Origin: Limnochordia bacterium
Lineage (GTDB): Bacteria > Bacillota > Limnochordia > DTU080
Assembly (NCBI GenBank): GCA_050951545.1
Contig: JBMNJG010000007.1
Coordinates: 544,001-608,000, forward strand
DNA length: 64,000 bases
Direction of reading: 5' to 3'
The position numbers and the translations under genes are program-made. The first letter of the stretch is position 1. Each line of letters begins with the position of its first letter. This document shows positions 59,455 to 64,000 of this stretch, piece after piece. The notes under the pieces were generated by a model, which did not search any database, was not told the DNA's origin, and saw only the letters and a program-made list of their open reading frames with translations.

Positions 59455-60387
59455 TTAGTGACTCTCGGTGAGCAAGCAGAGATCGTAACTCCAAAGTGTG
59501 GGCGTCGGTGCTTGTCTCCAGGAGTTGTTGAACCAAGCCAGGTAACGTTCGATGTAGCGGACTGCTATCCCGCGAAAGGTTCGCATCCAGTGACGAAAGG
59601 TGAGTTGATGTCGGGCAGCCACTGCACGGATAGCGGCGGGGTCATCTGCGATTGCGTCTGTGAGTGATCGGTTACGCCGGGCCTGACCGCCTAGCAGCCA
59701 CTTCACTTTGGCGGAACCGCTCCATGGACGGCCTGGCACGCGCGAGGTGGGATTGTCGCTCACCACACCCTGGCCTAGTGGTGACAGGACCGATGTGCCC
59801 GGTGCGGCATACTCCGACACGATGTTGGCCAGCTCGTTGCGCCCCGGACGATGGGAGGCGTAAAGGCTGATCTGGTCGACAATTCGCTTCTCGTCGCACT
59901 GTAGGAGATGGGTGATGGTGCCTGCGCTGTACCCCTTGGGGATCAGCCCCGGGAAGCGGGCCACTGATGGGACAAGACGCCCCGTGTCTCGGCTAACCCC
60001 TTCCTCCGAATGCACCGGTTCTGCGGAGGTGACGGTAGTGAAGAGTACTACCACGCAACCTTGAACAGAGGACTCTTGGGAGTCGTGTTCCAGGCGTTGC
60101 AGATACTGATGGCGCCAACGAAAAGCAGTAGACAGGGCGACGCCGACCTGCTGAGCTAAGGCCCGCAAGGGAAGTGGCTCGTGGCAGAGCTTCAGGAAAG
60201 CTGCGTGTTTCTCCACCAGACGGATACCGCCCGAGTTGGGGGTCGTCGTGGGCCCGAAGGAACGTCCGCAGCCACGGCACAGGAAGCGCTGCTGACCACG
60301 TCGATAGCCGTTACGTACCACGTGAGAGGATGCGCAACGCGGGCAGTTCGTGCTTTCACTACCGCCGCTGGTGAATGATGAATCCAT
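59455..60387 (-). CDS. IS1595-like transposase-derived protein lacking recognisable catalytic residues
   Basis: Zn ribbon CPRC...RNG....QRFLCRGC..SF, HTH A..VGV..STAFRWRH, C-terminal FRGIAVRYIERYLAWF; strong AGGAGG RBS. Confidence 0.75.
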   Translation of the reverse strand: MDSSFTSGGSESTNCPRCASSHVVRNGYRRGQQRFLCRGCGRSFGPTTTPNSGGIRLVEKHAAFLKLCHEPLPLRALAQQVGVALSTAFRWRHQYLQRLEHDSQESSVQGCVVVLFTTVTSAEPVHSEEGVSRDTGRLVPSVARFPGLIPKGYSAGTITHLLQCDEKRIVDQISLYASHRPGRNELANIVSEYAAPGTSVLSPLGQGVVSDNPTSRVPGRPWSGSAKVKWLLGGQARRNRSLTDAIADDPAAIRAVAARHQLTFRHWMRTFRGIAVRYIERYLAWFNNSWRQAPTPTLWSYDLCLLTESH

Positions 60388-60687
60388 CTGTCAGTCCTCC
60401 TAACCAAAGGCCCGAGTAGAACGAATGTTCCCTTCCACTCTACCACGTCGCGGTCCGAGAAGGCAAGACTAGCGATGCTACGCGCTCCGGAAGTGGGCCA
60501 TCGCGTGACATCACACGGATGGAACAGAACGGACGTTCGCGATGCGCTATGCCTGAGGCCGCCCGTTACTGCTGACCTACTGGCTAGCAGGACATTGAAT
60601 TGTGATTCTAGATCAGAGAAGAGAAGCGCCATACGGTATAGAAATAGAGGAATTATAATCCAAAAATAGGCGAGGGGGAGGGTACGA

Positions 60688-62001
60688 TTGTTGATTCAGT
60701 GTAAGCGGTACCGAGTAATCTGTTGTCTAGTGCTGTCGTTTCTTTTTGCTTGTGCGTTGGTAAATGGAGCTTCGGCTCGCACGGTAGTCAACCACTTCAA
60801 CAACACAGCGCATGGATTGGGCTGGCTATCGTGGCTACAGGAGCAAGTCCCCAGGTTTGAAGCAGAGAATCCCGATATCAAGATTGAGCTCACGACACCG
60901 ACCACGGGGGGGAATGCTGAGCAATTCATGGTATTTGTCGCCTCTGGCGTTTCCATTGATGTGTCTGAGCTTGTGGTGCGGATGGGCGCCTCTGTTGCCG
61001 CGTTAGGGGGATACAAGGATCTGAGGCCCTACCTGCAAAGAAGCAAGAAGGTCTCCTTCGACTCTTATGTTCCGATCGCTCGTTCCGCAGTGACAAGGCT
61101 TGACGGCCTCGTTTGGGGGCTTCCAGTAGATCTGTATGTCGTACCCACACACTACCATGCCGATATGTTCGCAGAAGGAGGCCTGGCCACACCAGCTGAG
61201 CTGGGCGAGGAATGGAACTTCGATGCAGCAGTAGCTACAGCCAAACGACTGACGATTGACCGCAGCGGCGATGGAGTCCCAGAACAGTGGGGTACCCACA
61301 GGGCCTTTACCTTCTGGGTCTATGGGAATGCGTTTGAGAATCGTGACGCCAAGATGTTCGATCGTAACGTCGAGCCGACGCGCAGTCTTCTCAACACACC
61401 CAAGGTGGCGCAAGCTTTCCAGTGGATGGTGGATCTTCATCTCGTGCACAATGTAGCGGACATCTCGGGCGGTGTCTACTCTGCGGAGTTCCGCAAGGGC
61501 AAGTATGCCTGGAGCATGGGAGCAGGTCCCAACGCCGCGCAGGGCATGGTTCAGGCCAATGCCACATTCAGGTGGGGCGTTGCACTGCCCATAGGTGGGG
61601 AAAAGCGGGGGGCCTACACAGCGGTGGGCAGCCTACAGATCCCTGTAGCGTCCCAGAATTCCGATGCAGCATGGCGCTGGATGGAATTCCTGGCGAGTTC
61701 AGCTGACTCATGGACATCCTTCATCGCCAATACTTCGCGGTTACCAGCGAGCCAGCGGCAAATGAACCAGTGGGTCAAGCACATACAGCGCATGCCCAAT
61801 CCTCCCGAAGCCATCGACAACTACATTCAGGCGGCTATCAGACCGGACAACTACGTGCCTGTGTCCAGTCCCCACTATTCCAGGTTTGAGACACTCTCAT
61901 TATCCCTGGTTACCCAAGTGTTGCGGGGTCAACGCGACCCTGGTTCTGTGCTTGAGGAGCTTCACCAGCACATGACTGCACTCTTCAACGAGACGAAGTA
62001 G
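60688..62001 (+). CDS. Sugar ABC transporter solute-binding protein
   Basis: Paralogue of 28048..29367 (NTAHGLGWLSW, VDLYVVPTHYHA). Confidence 0.92.
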   Translation: MLIQCKRYRVICCLVLSFLFACALVNGASARTVVNHFNNTAHGLGWLSWLQEQVPRFEAENPDIKIELTTPTTGGNAEQFMVFVASGVSIDVSELVVRMGASVAALGGYKDLRPYLQRSKKVSFDSYVPIARSAVTRLDGLVWGLPVDLYVVPTHYHADMFAEGGLATPAELGEEWNFDAAVATAKRLTIDRSGDGVPEQWGTHRAFTFWVYGNAFENRDAKMFDRNVEPTRSLLNTPKVAQAFQWMVDLHLVHNVADISGGVYSAEFRKGKYAWSMGAGPNAAQGMVQANATFRWGVALPIGGEKRGAYTAVGSLQIPVASQNSDAAWRWMEFLASSADSWTSFIANTSRLPASQRQMNQWVKHIQRMPNPPEAIDNYIQAAIRPDNYVPVSSPHYSRFETLSLSLVTQVLRGQRDPGSVLEELHQHMTALFNETK

Positions 62002-62058
62002 GCCGGCCAGATCATACATATCACACCAGTGAAACAGACTGGACAAAACTTGACCGAC

Positions 62059-62098
62059 TACGGGCAGCCCTCTACGCTAGGGGGCTGTCCTAGTTTTC
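62059..62098 (+). terminator. Intrinsic terminator
   Basis: GGGCAGCCCTCTA-CGC-TAGGGGGCTGTCC followed by TAGTTTTC. Confidence 0.7.
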
Positions 62099-62204
62099 TG
62101 ATGGGGCCCTGGCGCGCAAGGAGTATCGCCAGCAAAGCGAGAAAACCAGTGCGAGCCCAGAAACCCATCCACCATACATCTCGCTCAATGCAGGGAGGAG
62201 TCTC

Positions 62205-63434
62205 GTGCACAAGGGCAACGTACCAGCGAGTCTGCCAGAGGACGTCGACGTCATCCGAAAGGCTAGCCTCGAGGATCGCGAAGCTATTCTGGAGTTAGCA
62301 GCAGGCATCTTCTTTCAGAAACCGGGTGAATGGTACGCCAATCGCTCATGGTATCGTCTCTCACCGGAAACGGTTGATCCTAGCGAGTTCTTGGTCGCCG
62401 TATCAGCGGGGAATATTGTGGGTGTGAGTGCTTTCCGCAGTTTTACGCTGAGAATGCCAGGACTGAACCTTCCATGGGTAGGCGTGGGTAGCGTCTGTAC
62501 AGCCCCGGAGTTTCGGGGTAGAGGTGTCATGGGCAGCATGTTGCAGGCAGGGATCCGCGATACCGATGAGCGAGGCGTGCCAGTGAGCATCCTGTGGGGT
62601 GACCGAGCGCGCTATGGGCATTTCGGCTGGGAGCAAGCAGGAAGACAGATTGAGTTAGGCGTCAGCCGGCGACACTTTCGCGATCCGGGTTGGACAGACG
62701 CTGATGTTGGAGAGTTGGTTGGCATGGGCAAAGACACCCAACTGCCGCCGGATTTGGGTGATCGTTTGGCCCGCATACAAGAGCACTATGCTGGTCGTCT
62801 ACTGAGACCCTCGGATGAGCAGCTGGGGCTGATCTCCAGTCCGAGGTATCGTACAGTCTGGGTTGCGCAAGGCGACGACGAGGCCTACGCAGTGCTCGAG
62901 GCAGGGCCGAGGCCTCGTCAACTGCTAGAGGTAGGCGGGGCCCCCGATCTTCTTGCCGCTTTGCTCGGCCATCTGATGCGGGAGTCGTCTGATACGTGGC
63001 GGGCGGCTATTGGTCTGGAGCCACACCCCGCGGAGCAGATGCTGGTCGATCGGGCGGATTACGTGCAGATCGGTGCGACTGGCAAGGTTCGCATTCATGA
63101 CCTTGCTTCACTACTGGCCCACTATGAACCCTGGTGGTCCCAGAGACGGCGTCTTGGATCCGGAGCCGTTGTCTTGGCGATGCAAGACGACTCAGGTGTT
63201 GAACAGCAGACCGTGGGCTTGCGATGGACTCCGAAGTCAGTCAAGGTTCGCCGCCTCGAGCCGGGTGGGCGGCTGCCAGACACGGCTGTCATCGCCGCGG
63301 ATCGTCGGGCGTTGGCGCGTCTTGTGTTTGGTCCACTTGCACCCGAACTCGCTCTTGGAGACTCGCCTGGGGCCTGGCGTGTAACTGAACTATTCCCAGT
63401 GCCGCTGTATGTGCCTGCACTGGAGCGCGTATGA
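62205..63434 (+). CDS. Eis-like GNAT acetyltransferase
   Basis: GVGSVCTAPEFRGRG.M..L, S.LWG....Y.HFGWE, C-terminal SCP2-like region. Confidence 0.85.
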   Translation: MHKGNVPASLPEDVDVIRKASLEDREAILELAAGIFFQKPGEWYANRSWYRLSPETVDPSEFLVAVSAGNIVGVSAFRSFTLRMPGLNLPWVGVGSVCTAPEFRGRGVMGSMLQAGIRDTDERGVPVSILWGDRARYGHFGWEQAGRQIELGVSRRHFRDPGWTDADVGELVGMGKDTQLPPDLGDRLARIQEHYAGRLLRPSDEQLGLISSPRYRTVWVAQGDDEAYAVLEAGPRPRQLLEVGGAPDLLAALLGHLMRESSDTWRAAIGLEPHPAEQMLVDRADYVQIGATGKVRIHDLASLLAHYEPWWSQRRRLGSGAVVLAMQDDSGVEQQTVGLRWTPKSVKVRRLEPGGRLPDTAVIAADRRALARLVFGPLAPELALGDSPGAWRVTELFPVPLYVPALERV

Positions 63435-63453
63435 GGGGGAGGTGTTGGGGAAA

Positions 63454-64000
63454 ATGGTGGAAGTGCAGAGAATATGGGATCAGGCATCTCACAACGCGTT
63501 TACCGATCTCGTACGCTTTCAGGATCGCTGGTTCTGTGTCTTTCGGGAGGGGAAGGCTCATGTATCGCCAGATGGCGCGCTACGGGTGATCACATCGACG
63601 GATGGTGACACGTGGGAATCGGCTGCGCTCATCACTTCGGGAGACTCCGACCTGCGCGACGCCAAGATAACCGTAACCCCGGATGGCCAGCTCATGCTGG
63701 CGGGGGCAGAGGCATTGCACGACAAGTCTAGGCAGACGCACCAATCACTGGTCTGGTTCTCTCCCGACGGCCGCACGTGGAGCGACAAGCATGAGATCGG
63801 CGACCCTAACATCTGGTTGTGGCGTATCACCTGGCATGACGACAAGGCATATGGTGTGGGCTACGGTTGTGGCAAGGAACGCCTAGTTCGGCTTTACGTC
63901 AGCAGCGATGGCAAGCGCTACGAAACGCTTGTGGATCGACTTCATGATGTCGGCTATCCGAATGAGACCTCTCTAGTCTTTGACGGGGACACATTGTACT
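63454..64000 (+). CDS. Sialidase-like (BNR) protein, partial at window edge
   Basis: MVEVQRIWDQASHNAFTDL..F...W...FREG..H, Asp boxes STDGDTW and SPDGRTW. Not in the ORF track. Confidence 0.85.
   Translation, partial: MVEVQRIWDQASHNAFTDLVRFQDRWFCVFREGKAHVSPDGALRVITSTDGDTWESAALITSGDSDLRDAKITVTPDGQLMLAGAEALHDKSRQTHQSLVWFSPDGRTWSDKHEIGDPNIWLWRITWHDDKAYGVGYGCGKERLVRLYVSSDGKRYETLVDRLHDVGYPNETSLVFDGDTLY

Noticed and set aside
21830-62200. Integron-like cassette array
   Set aside because: No integrase, mixed gene orientations, and no recurring attC-like intergenic repeat found.

Overview
A GC-rich (about 60% by eye) bacterial window. It opens with the end of a flagellar filament cluster (flagellin 3' end, flaG, fliD, a FliT-like gene, fliS). 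The remaining ~60 kb is accessory DNA dominated by secreted glycan-active proteins: two heparinase II/III-like paralogues, DUF4838 proteins, a GH28-like enzyme, an SGNH hydrolase and sialidase-like proteins. Eight family-1 sugar solute-binding protein genes (six intact, two broken) are present without any permease or ATPase. Also present are a YadA-type trimeric autotransporter operon, two MNT-HEPN toxin-antitoxin pairs, an Rhs toxin-immunity remnant, a lipoprotein serpin, an ECF sigma factor with an unusual C-terminal HTH extension, an intact but apparently catalytically dead IS1595-like ORF, and a stack of IS256/IS3 debris. YkuS and DUF421 point to Bacillota, while the YadA anchor and lipobox-free SBPs point to an outer membrane, so I infer a diderm Firmicute (Limnochordia-like); this is not proven. 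Many genes are broken by single-base insertions or by sharp deletion or inversion junctions, so some breaks may be assembly artefacts. The best candidates for new biology are reusable accessory modules shared between secreted enzymes (a C-terminal module ending LWxxFDxWQW, and a ~400-aa N-terminal module fused to different catalytic domains), the ECF-HTH fusion, and the possibly domesticated transposase. I found no rRNA, tRNA or CRISPR array. All family calls come from motifs recognised by eye; no database searches were run.
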